From positions 1-64,000 of the forward strand of contig JAUCBJ010007727.1 in assembly GCA_032718475.1 (NCBI GenBank): DNA of 64,000 bases, in the 5' to 3' direction. This DNA is from Nemertoderma westbladi (Eukaryota; Animalia; Xenacoelomorpha). The position numbers and the translations under genes were made by a program. Shown here in pieces: positions 25,001 to 37,000 of this stretch (position 1 is its first letter; each line of letters begins with the position of its first letter). Under the pieces are notes generated by a model. It was not told where the DNA came from. It was given only the letters and a program-made list of their open reading frames with translations, and did not search any database.

Positions 25001-28000
25001 AAGGGCCCACGGGTCCGCCGGTAGGTATTCCCTTGTTGACTGTTGATCCGTCCGGGTCTACAAGTAATTTGTCCTTCTTTGTCTTCTTACCTTGATTGTC
25101 AGTACTTTGTAAGTCGATCGTCAATGGTGGTTTGAACTCTATGGGATCAGTGGGTTTCGGTAAACTTATTTTTCTGCCGACATTAATCCCAGGTCTCACC
25201 ATAGGTTGCAAGTTCGGTATGTCTCTTGAGCGCAGAGTAACACCTGTATTTACATTAGCGTAGGTACTACCCACATCTGTAATACATGAGGTTTCACCGT
25301 GCTTATGGTTGCTCAAGTGTGTCAAAATTGGTAGTTTGTCAATACAAGGCCGCTCCAATAGGGAAACTGCGGCTTTATCGTTAGTCAATACATTACTAGT
25401 GTCTAGTCGACTGTCTAGTAATGTGTCTGGCGATACGTCTGGTAACGTATCTGGTTGTTTGTCAATAGAAGGCCGCTCCAATAGGGAAACTGCGGCTTTA
25501 CTGTTTGTCAGTGTGTTACTAGCGTCTGGTGGAACATTTTGTGATATGTCTGGCAAAATGTCTGGTTGGCTGTCTAGTAACATGTCTGGTTGACCGTCTG
25601 GTAACGTGTCTGGTTGACCGTCTGGCGATATGTCTGGTGTAGAAAGGCTCGCAAGTCTTCCTCTCTTGACCTTTGAAGTTATATCTTTCCATTTCGCCTT
25701 CGGTTTTTTCTTGAGTTTCGCCGCCGTCGTCTTTTTCTTTGTCTTCCCCTTTTTTGGTTTCTTGATTTCGGCGTCCTTGGGAATGGTGTTGGACTTGTTG
25801 TCGTATAACGGAGGCCAATCTTGTGTCGATTTCTGCAAGAATTGGGGTCCGTGTTGCCAAAATTCTTTGTTCTCCGGTTTACAGAATTCCTCAGGCATCA
25901 TTCCTCGCGACGCAATATCAGCTGGGTTTTGTGGTCCGGGACAATGTCGCCAATCCCCTTTTATTGAACGGTCTAGAATTTCCGCGCGACGGTTAGCAAC
26001 GAATGTCTTGAATTCGAGTGTGTCGTTGTTTATGTAAAATAAAACCAACGTCGCGTCAGTCCAATAAAATATCTGTAAACTCGACTGTAGTTCTGTCTGT
26101 ATGAGGTTCACGATGGTGGTTGACAGGGTTGCGGCTTGTAGCTCGGCTCGTGGTGTCGTCATATACTTAGTAGGCATGGTCTTAGCCTTAGAAGTAATGA
26201 GCGAAACATCGAACTCGTCTGATTCTACTTGTCTGCGCAAGTACGCTGCCACACCAAAACCGTTGTCACTGGCGTCAGAAAAGCAGTGTAGTTCCAAGTT
26301 GTCAGGAAATGTACTTTGTAATGGAAAGTAAACCCTGGGTATGAAATAATCCTCTAGCGAAGATAATTCCGCCTCCCAGGTCTTCCATAAGTCCACTTGG
26401 TCTGATGAGATCGGCTCGTCCCATGTTAGTCCATCCTTCCATATACTGCGCATATAAATGCGGGCTTGCAGTATCACTGGACTGATGAATCCTAACGGAT
26501 CGAACAATCGGCTCAATTTTGACAAGCATGATCTCTTGGTCAGTGTGTTCTCTTGACTGTCCAGTCTCACTTTCACTCGAAAGTTGTCTGTGTTTGGGTC
26601 CCAAAAGAGCCCCAACACCTTAGTCGTCGGTAGTGGTTCGAACTCTAGGTCTATGTCACCACCTCCACGCTCAGTAGTTCCGAATGAGTCTACTAATTCG
26701 GCACTGTTTGAGGCGAATTTGGTGAGGTTAAAACCTCCGCCCGCCAAGCAGTCCCGTAATTGATGTGCTACTGTTGTAGCACGTTCTACTGTGTCGCAAC
26801 TCTGTAATCCGTCATCAACGTAAAAGTCACGCTCCACAATTCTAATTATCTCTGGGTCATATAGATGTTTCTGATCTCTAGCGGCCTGCTTTAGGGCGTA
26901 CATCGTACAATTTGGGCTGTCTCTGGCACCGAAAACGCGAACTTGCATTTGGTAAGTCGCCGGTGGTAGACTTAAATCTCCTTCCGGGTACCAGAGGAAC
27001 CGCAAACTGTCTCTGTCTCGCTCTAACGCCTTTACTTGGTGAAACATCGCTTCAACGTCACAAGTAAAAGCTACTTGACGCTGACGGAAGCGCATAATCA
27101 CCCCCATAAGATAATTATTCATGTTCGGTCCATCCATCAACTCACTATTGAGGGACATTCCCTCAAACAGAGCCGCACAGTCATTGACTACACGTACTTT
27201 GTCTGGTTTGTCGGGGTGTCTCACGTAGTGATGTGGCAAGTAATACGTTTGGTCGGTCACTCGCTCCGGGTTAGTCATTCGGATAGCGTATCCCTTTGTC
27301 AAATACGTCTCCATCTGAGTGTTATACTGCAGATGGGCTTTCTCGTCTTTTAATAGACGTTGTCGGATTGAGTGTAGACGTCTTAAAGCCAGTGGATAGT
27401 TGTTTATAAGTTTAGGACTTTGGCTACGCCATAACATCCCTACCTCATAATGTCCGTCTTTCGTCTGGTGGATAGTATCTTCCATGATCTTCAGAGATTG
27501 TTTCTCCTGTTCCGACATACAAGGTTCATAGCTACCAGGTTCAGCTGTATCTTGTTCTAACCACCTGATAGTCTTCTCCGTTAATTCTTTGTCCAAGGCG
27601 GCTTGTTCCAACTGATGATTTCTCAACGCGTCATCATCGATATCGACGGGCACTGTTGAGGTTATTGGGGTAGGTAGACTCGCAAGCCTATCATCTGTCG
27701 TCGATGGAATCTCTAGCTGACTCGTCTTCCCCCCAAGTTCTAAACTCACCTTGTGGGTTAGCTGCTCCTTGTGACTTATCATACTAGTTACACGTCTGTC
27801 ATGTTTTGTCGACTGTAGTGTAGTATGGTTCACGTCGTGTGAAAAGGAATGAATTGAATTTGTAGTTAATAAACTACATGCAGGGCCGGATTAACCAGTA
27901 GGCTAATAAGGCTGAAGCCTTAGGGCCATTGAAAAAAGCGGTCACTTTCCTACAAAAATGTTGAATTGTAATGAGTTGAATGTAATGAGAGTTAATAGGA

Positions 28001-31000
28001 AGCCTATAAAATAGTCTGTAAAAGGGGCACTTTACATCATTAGTTTCTTAGTATATGGACCCGTCCGCGTCCGTCCATGTAGTCTACATGTACTCTGTAC
28101 ATCGTCTTCCTCGTCACTTACGTCTAGTGTGCGCACAGGCGCTCGAGTATACCACCCTATCGGCGTTCTGCAGGCGTATGCGTTTCCCGCTACAACTGCC
28201 GATGGTCTGGTTTCCCACACCTGATGTAGGTTGAATTGGTCCGTCCCGATCAGCATTGCTACCGATCTATAATTGACAGGACATTCTGGTACACCAAGGT
28301 GTCTGAAATACTTACGGTCCTCTAGAGATTGTTCCGGCACTGGACCTAGTAGGTTACTAAAGTCCTTCGTGGCCGCAAAGGTTAGATCTCTAAAAGGTAA
28401 CAAAGACCTCTCCCTCTCGCTGTGCTGCGATTTCGGAAGAAGAGAGTCTAAGTCCAACTTAACTCGTGTCACTGGTATTGCACGCTGTCCGTGCATACTA
28501 CTTACTGTATAACTGACGTGCTTACCTTGTTTTAGATCCGTCACGACGTCAGCTATCTTTTCGTCCACGTAGCTATGAGATGAGGCTGAATCTAGAATCG
28601 CATAGATCCTCTTGCTCCCCTTTGTGCCAGTAACCTTAATCGGGATTACACTGAATCCCTTCAGTTGATCAGTGGTCAGAAGCGCGATCGACGGTTGTTC
28701 GTCTCCATTAGAATATTCGTCGTCGTCTTCTGATTCTTCGTCCGACGATCCGGATTGTTCTGAGAAGCAATCCTCAATATGGGTCACGAAGGTTGGAGTC
28801 GTTTTTGATTCTCGTTTTCTATAGGCCGCATCACATCTCGCTGCTGCTTCCGGGTGTTCCCTGGCGAAGCGTTTCGTCGGCGTGTGGCTGTCTGTGTGGA
28901 GCAGACCGTCGTGGTTGCGTCCACAGGATGGACAAGTGTCAGTATTTGGGCAATCCTTACGCACGTGTCCGTGTCGCGTACACCGCCAACAAGAGTCCAG
29001 TGGCCGTATTTGCAGCCGTCGTTCTTCCGAGTTCAACTCGCGAAATTGTCGACAACCTCGTAACTTGTGACCGATATACCGCTTACCTAGATGCTCGCAG
29101 TATTGGCAGCCACTGAAGTCGGTACCAAGTTGCTGTCTCGTTTGTTTTGTCCCAATGGGCGCAGATACCCTACCTCCGTCCGAGAATTGTCGTGATTCCG
29201 TCGGTGTGGTGTAAGTGGCCGTCTTAGTGGATGTTGTCTGGGGTTTTTGTCGGTTGGAGGATGGCAATGTGATCCCTTCTGCCACGATGTGCTGGTCGGT
29301 GTAGTTAGATCGAGTTTCTACTACCGCCTCCCTGGATATTAAAAGGTACACATCTTCTAATTTTAAGAATCCTCCCCGCTCTTCTCGCTGGTATTCGACC
29401 TTCCTCCACTCCCGACGAAGTCGATGGTGGAGTCGTCCTATGATCTTTAATAGGACTGTAGGGGTATTCCCGTAATCAAGTTGTCCAATTGATCTTAAGG
29501 TAGTGATAGCGTTCTTGATCTCGTCAGCTAGTTTTAGTAAGTCGACGGGTTTAGTGATAGCCCCTCCCTTACAGAGTTCCTCTATTACTGACCTGGCCAT
29601 GCTCACTGTACCTCCGTATATCGAAGTTAAACGATCGTACGCTAGTTCGAAAGCGTCCGGTACACCGACGAAAGTCTCCGCCAAACGTTTAGGTTCTCCT
29701 GACAACGTTTGAAGCAGGTAATTGAACTTCTCCCGTGATGTAAAGGCGCACACGGCGATCTGGGATTCGATATAGTCTACGAAGGTATGCCAGTGTTTTG
29801 AGCTACCGGAAAACTTCGGTGGTTGTTGTACCGGCAATCCTTGTCTGGCTGCGAATTTCGCTATCTCCTCGGCAACGTCCAGAGTTTCGCGTCCTTGGTT
29901 GGTAGTCTGGTTGATGTTCTCCCTTCTTGGCGCTTTTCCCTGATACGATGTGTGTTTTGAAGGTACCGGTCTTTGTGGTTCCTTCGGGTGTCTATTGTGT
30001 TCGAATTCGGAATTTCTCGAACTGTCGGTGTAACCTTCCTCCAGACGTTCCTCGATCTGAGCCAACTTATTGACAACTGGTCGCAGGATGTCGGCGAACT
30101 GTTGTGTACTAATTGCGTCCGTTGGTTGTAACGCCTTCTGTGTTGGTGTATTCTGTGGAGGATTGTCTGCAAAGGAGTTGTCTGAACGCTCGCGTTTGTA
30201 TTCATCGGCCGCCCCTGTTCTAAATACCTCGCGTTTCGGGTAATCCGATTCGCTCGAAGTACTACTATCATCCGGATATGGTGGTCGACGTGCTCGCGTT
30301 CGTTGCGTCGTACGAATTCTAACGGTTCGTTTCGGAACATCGTCCACTGATCTCCGTTGTTCGGTAGGCTCACAAGTCTTCCTCGAAGTCGTAGATTGCG
30401 ATGTAAATTGGTTGAATGGTCGCGTCTCCACTGTTCTCCGTTGTTCGGTAGGCTCACAAGTCTTCCTCGAAGTCGTAGATTGCGATGTAAATTGGTTGAA
30501 TGGTCGCGTCTCCACTGTTCTCCATTGTTCGGTAGGCTCACAAGTCTTCCTCGAAGTCGTAGATTGCGATGTAAATTGGTTGAATGGTCGCGTCTCCACT
30601 GTTCTCCGTTGTTCGGTAGGCTCACAAGTCTTCCTCGAAGTCGTAGATTGCGATGTAAACTGAATCGGTGGTCGGACGACCGCGTTTGAATCCAAAGGCC
30701 TTGTAGGCCGAAATGTCATTGGGTATTCGTAGTGCGTAACGGGTTTAGGTGTCAAAGGTGGACTCACCTGTTTTGTCGTCAGTAGTGCAGGTCCGACTAA
30801 TAAACTACTACGATCTGTAATCGGTGGGTTACTTACCTTGACTTTCGGAATAGGCGACGACGTTGCTCTTGGCGGTGTAAACTTGTCCGGAATAACAAAC
30901 CTGTGCTCCGTCACACCATGGATAGGAGAGATATCGCTGCTACCAGCAATCGAAACAGGTTCCTTAGTCGTAACCGGTGCAAACATATGAGTCACCTGTG

Positions 31001-34000
31001 GGAATCGTTGACACAAGTCCTTTACTAATTGTCGTTCCCGTCCGGGTGCTCCCACGCTTCCTTCTTTCTTTCGTTCCTGAATTTGGCGATGTCTTACCTC
31101 TATCTGGTCCAAGTCATGTCCGTCTCGAGATCTCATTGATCGATCGCGGGCCCTTTGATCCAGATCTTCCTCAGCGTTCGCTAATTCTCTCGCCTTCTTC
31201 TCAAGTTCGAAATGAAGTTTAGCTGTCTTCTCTCGTTGTTCCGTTTGTCGTTGTTGCGCCTCAAATTCTGCTTGTCGTATAGCGGATTGAGCCTTTATTT
31301 GCCGTGTTTTCATTTCGGCCCGTGCTTCCGAAACTAACCTGTCTCGTTCTAATTCCGCCGCTGCCGCTGCCGCTGCCGCTTGTCGCTCTGACTCTGCCGC
31401 TTGTCGCTCTGACTCGGCCGCTGCCGCTGCCGCTTGTCGCTCTGACTCTGCCGCTGCCGCTGCCGCTTGTCGGGCAATGTCTACCTCTAACCTTTCTACT
31501 TCAGCTGCTTCTAATTCAGCTTGTTCCTGTAGATGAGAGATTCTCGCTTTATTCGCAACGCGTAGCTTCTCTTCCTCTACTGCTGCCTGCATCACTAGAA
31601 GTTGAGCTTGTTCCTCCATTTCTCGTCGTTGTCGGTAGAATTCTTGCTGTTGTCGAGCAACTTCTGACGTAACCATACTTCCCTCGCCAATTTCGCTACG
31701 AATACTTACCAACGATTGATCCAATATTCCTGGTGCCGATTCGATTTGTGCGAGCGAAGTTTCCCTCGTAGCCTCCGGCACGGTTTCCCAATCTCCGACG
31801 TCCTCGCCGCACATGCGTAAGTGATCCGTCAGGTGTTTCAATTGTCCATCCAGTCGGTACAGTTCCTGTTCTTCTTCGGGTTGTAATAATTCGTCCGAAA
31901 CTGACTCACCTAACAACTGATCCGCTTGTTCCTGTTGTATCTGTCTAATCGTCGACTTAAACTGAATCAGTTTCTCTCTAGCGATCATTAGTTTCTCGAG
32001 GATTCTAAGTTGAGCATCCATGTCCTGTCTCTGTCTAGCTAGATCTTGTAGACCAATTAGGTTATCGACGGACTTGTGTACTCTACTTTGTACTCTAACC
32101 TGGAGGGTGTAGAACTCGAATCGAGACATCGGAGCGGTCAACTCGTCTAATATGCGATGACCTTCTCCAATACTCCTGGTTATATGCGCCATATATCCTC
32201 CGACGCTTCTAACCACACTTTCTGTGCTTCCTGCTGAACTTACCATTTCCGTTTCCCTATATCTAGGTTGCGGAACAGTTAGAAAGTCCTCGGTCCTGCC
32301 GTCGCCTCGTACTACGGCATCCGGTACTCCCGTTGGATGTACTGGTGACGCACACGGTGTAGGTTCGGTAGGCTCGCGAGTCTTCCCCTGTTGTTCCTCC
32401 GCTGCTGACTTATCCGCGTCACACGAGTCATAGTCGGTAGGTGTATTCTTCGTATAGTCTTGTTTGTCACTCATTTCGGTAGTTGTAAGTCAAGTAAAGT
32501 GAGTGTCAAAGTATCGGGTTTACCGTATTTATATCTAAACGGTACTAATTACAGTCTTATAAAATTAGCCTACCGGCCGATTTTATAGCAGATGGATAAA
32601 ATTAGCCTAAACGGCCAATTTTACAGCAAATGAATGTCACGGAATAAGTATATAATAAAATTAGCCTAGCGGCCAATTTTATAACAAATAAATCGGATAA
32701 TGATATGCGTTATCAAAAGGTAAATTAAATACAATAATACGGACTAATTCAGCAATGAACAAAGAAATCATACGGAATGCATAAATACTTGAGACAGTGG
32801 AACCCACAATAATTTTTAACTAATACGGTAATGCCTAACTTATTTATGCAACTTTTCGAACTCACCCACTCCAATAATTCTCCAGAAAAACAGATTCCCA
32901 GATACAAACCGAACGTGAACCTTTCCGTTTTTAACGTTGCGGACGAAACGCGATTTTCCCAACCAAAGTTGTTGAGTTATCTATCTCCCAAACTTGCTAA
33001 ACACGGTCTTGCTCCCGTTACAGTCTAGAAATGAGTTCTGAATCCTGAAAAAACAAAAGAGTTAGGTTTTACTTTACGAAAATTTTGTACCGGTACAATA
33101 TGGTATTTAAACCCTTTTTAAACACCGGTATTCAATTCCAAAAATATTTTACACGCGGTTCAAATCAAATTTTATTTCAAAATATTAGCACTTAGCTAAT
33201 CAAATACAAAATTTTTACCTCAAAATACAAAATTTTCAAATAACTTTAGTCCTACCGAACCGTAGTTCAGTAAAACACATTCCTACTATTGGAAGAGACG
33301 GTAACAATAACTGCAATATCCTACTGTAAAGTTTGTAAATCAAATCATAAATCCGACCTTCTCACCAAAACAGTAAACTCTAAGTAAGCGAATATATTGC
33401 AGTATCGATCTCTTATAACCGGTGAGGCAGAAAACAGTCTACGAGCAGACAAACTTCGATAAAACAAAATCCCGCGCAGCGAATCCTAAAATCAGGCTGA
33501 CTCACTGACGGACTAAGGGGCTCGTATACTTTGCCGCGGTGTGATTTATATGGTTTGGGCAAAGGGACGCTAGCTAGGTACAGAGGCAGATATTTGGAGA
33601 TGTCTAACTAGCGGGCAAAGCACAGTACGGACAAAGTTAATTTTATATATTTCGAGGTGTAAATAATTTCTAACGCGCGTGTGTTAATTCTGAATGGTCA
33701 AAACAGTTTTGCTCCTTCACATATATAATTACTGGGTACGGTGTGCATTTTACGAATATTCTAATTTTGTAACTTGTAGGTCCAATACTCACGAATGATA
33801 AGGTTCCTTCCCCTCTTGCGTATTTCCAGGACTCAAATTCAGGCATAAGGTTAATACTACGCCCAGAATTCGGCAATTTTAGGTACCAGGTCCCTGATAC
33901 TAAGAAGAGATGTGTTAGTTTACTACTGTAGGCGTACAGGTACTAATAGCTATCCTAGCTCCTATCTAGAATTTTAGTCACCCAGGTAGTCCGGGTAACT

Positions 34001-37000
34001 TCCTATTAGGGCGTTGGCGGGGACACGGTAGATGTTAGTATATCCCTGATAGCCTCAATTTATTTGCGCCTAGTGTAAACTGCCCTACCGCCCGAACGGT
34101 ACAATCCCAATTCAGGTGAAAACACAGCAACCCCCCTAGCCTACAAGTTCTGATGTAATGGACACCGTTGTACGGCAAATAGTCGCACACACACCTGTAC
34201 TTAGCAAGAGTTAAGCGTACAGTTTGCTGCACCCTAACCAATGTGTATGCCTTGTACCGGTGTGCCTACGTCCTATCTGCGTACTAGTATCTCTGCTCTC
34301 TCTCCCTCCCCCCGTAGGAATGTGAAGGTCTACTGTGGGTTTTCCTGAATCAAGACAGTACAGTCCCTATGATGTAATTTTAGGCTTGCAGCGTGTCACT
34401 ACGTCTACCTTTTGATCTTTTGGTCTTACACTTAGGTAGCAAGGATCGAACGCTGTCTAACCTTTCAGGCGATGGGCGAATAACTCCAAATGGTATTGCG
34501 GGTTGTCTCTCGTCTACATTCCCGTGATGTTCCCGTTCATTGCTGCGGCCCGATCTCTAGCCGGCCATCCTGTCCCTGAGTTTGTTCACCGTAGTGAATC
34601 CATAGTAAAACAGATAGAAAAGCTGAGAGAATATTCTGACTTTATTACAGAAGATACAATACAATGTAATCTGAGAATAAACTAAGCACGGAATAAACAA
34701 ATATCAGATAACTGAATAACTGAGAGAATAATAACTAATGAACAAATCGCACCCTTTTATAGCCAATTTGTGCCGCAATCAATCGAGAAAATTCTCGATT
34801 GTTCTATGGGTTCTAACAAGGTTTTAAAGATAGCTATTGGTCCAGCTAATATATAACTTGCACGACATTGGTTACAATCAAATAACTACAGCCTCATTGG
34901 TACAGACAAATGCAATTAATTTGTAGCGGTTAATTTAAATGAGTTGAAATTCTGCACAAAAAATAATTCGCACTTACTAGGATTCGAACTCGATACCTAC
35001 TACACATATAATTTCCAACGCTCTACCAACTGAGCTACTGAACCACTTGACCGATAGATGTACAAATGATAGAACCAATACGAATGAGAACTCAAAGCAA
35101 TCTTTACAAAGTTAATTCGAATAAAATAAAATTTTGAAAATCCACGGCATTTAGGGAATATAATTCTATAGGCATTCCTTTAGGAAACAGAGTGGAAGGG
35201 TTTATTGTGGAAGATCACCCATGGTGGTGAACAGGCATTCCTTTAGGAAACAGAGTGGAAGGGTTTACTGTGGAAGATCACCCATGGTGCTGAACAGGCA
35301 TTCCTTTAGGAAACAGAGTGGAAGGGTTTACTGTGGAAGATCACCCATGGTGGTGAAGAGGTATTCCTTTAGGAAACAGAGTGGAATGGTTTACTGTGGA
35401 AGATCACCCATGGTGGTGAACAGGCATTCCTTTAGGAAACAGAGTGGAAGGGTTTACTGTGGAAGATCACCCATGGTGGTGAAGAGGTATTCCTTTAGGA
35501 AACAGAGTGGAATGGTTTACTGTGGAAGATCACCCATGGTGGCGAACAGGCATTCCTTTAGGAAACAGAGTGGAAGGGTTTATTGTGGAAGATCACCCAT
35601 GGTGGTGAACAGGCATTCCTTTAGGAAACAGAGTGGAAGGGTTTACTGTGGAAGATCACCCATGGTGCTGAACAGGCATTCCTTTAGGAAACAGAGTGGA
35701 AGGGTTTACTGTGGAAGATCACCCATGGTGGTGAAGGGTATTCCTTTAGGAAACAGAGTGGAATGGTTTACTGTGGAAGATCACCCATGGTGGCGAACAG
35801 GCATTCCTTTAGGAAACAGAGTGGAGGGGTTTACTGTGAAAGATCACCCATGGTGGTGAACAGGCATTCCTTTAGGAAACAGAGTGGAGGGGTTTACTGT
35901 GAAAGATCACCCATGGTGGCGAACAGGCATTCCTTTAGGAAACAGAGTGGAAGGGTTTACTGTGGAAGATCACCCATGGTGGTGAACAGGCATTCCTTTA
36001 GGAAACAGAGTGGAGGGGTTTACTGTGAAAGATCACCCATGGTGGTGAACAGGCATTCCTTTAGGAAACAGAGTGGAAGGGTTTAATGTGGAAGATCACC
36101 CATAGTGCTGAACAGTCATTCCTTTTGGAAACAGAGTGGAAGGGTTTACTGTGGAAGATCACCCATGGTGGTGAACAGGCATTCCTTTAGGAAACAGAGT
36201 GGAGGGGTTTACTGTGAAAGATCACCCATGGTGGTGAACAGGCATTCCTTTAGGAAACAGAGTGGAAGGGTTTACTGTGAAAGATCACCCATGGTGGTGA
36301 ACATGCATTCTTTTAGGAAACAGAGTGGAGGGGTTTACTGTGAAAGATCACCCATGGTGGTGAACAGGCATTCCTTTAGGAAACAGAGTGGAAGGGTTTA
36401 CTGTGAAAGATCACCCATGGTGGTGAACATGCATTCTTTTAGGAAACAGAGTGGAGGGGTTTACTGTGAAAGATCACCCATGGTGGTGAACAGGCATTCC
36501 TTTAGGAAACAGAGTGGAAGGGTTTACTGTGAAAGATCACCCATGGTGGTGAACATGCATTCTTTTAGGAAACAGAGTGGAGGGGTTTACTGTGGAAGAT
36601 CACCCATGGTGGTGAACAGGCATTCCTTTAGGAAACAGAGTGGAGGGGTTTACTGTGAAAGATCACCCATGGTGGTGAACAGGCATTCCTTTAGGAAACA
36701 GAGTGGAAGGGTTTACTGTGAAAGATCACCCATGGTGGTGAACATGCATTCTTTTAGGAAACAGAGTGGAGGGGTTTACTGTGAAAGATCACCCATGGTG
36801 GTGAACAGGCATTCCTTTAGGAAACAGAGTGGAAGGGTTTAATGTGGAAGATCACCCATGGTGGTGAACAGGCATTCCTTTAGGAAACAGAGTGGAGGGG
36901 TTTACTGTGAAAGATCACCCATGGTGGCGAACAGGCATTCCTTTAGGAAACAGAGTGGAAGGGTTTAATGTGGAAGATCACCCATAGTGCTGAACAGTCA

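Larger units (their letters stand above)
18284..35170 (-). mobile_element. Full-length Bel/Pao (Belpaoviridae) LTR retrotransposon, 16,887 bp
   Basis: Two 1884-bp LTRs; TSD GGCAT (18279-18283, 35171-35175; AGGCAT is an alternative reading); Gag with triple Cys-His array, protease, RT, Pao-type RNase H and integrase in Bel/Pao order. Confidence 0.96.

Noticed and set aside
27833-28034. Programmed readthrough or frameshift between gag and pol
   Set aside because: Several in-frame stops lie in a segment with TIR-like ends and a flanking duplication; removing it restores one ORF.
23872-32433. Many short plus-strand and alternate-frame ORFs over gag-pol
   Set aside because: Shadow frames of a long coding region and its repeats, with no motifs.
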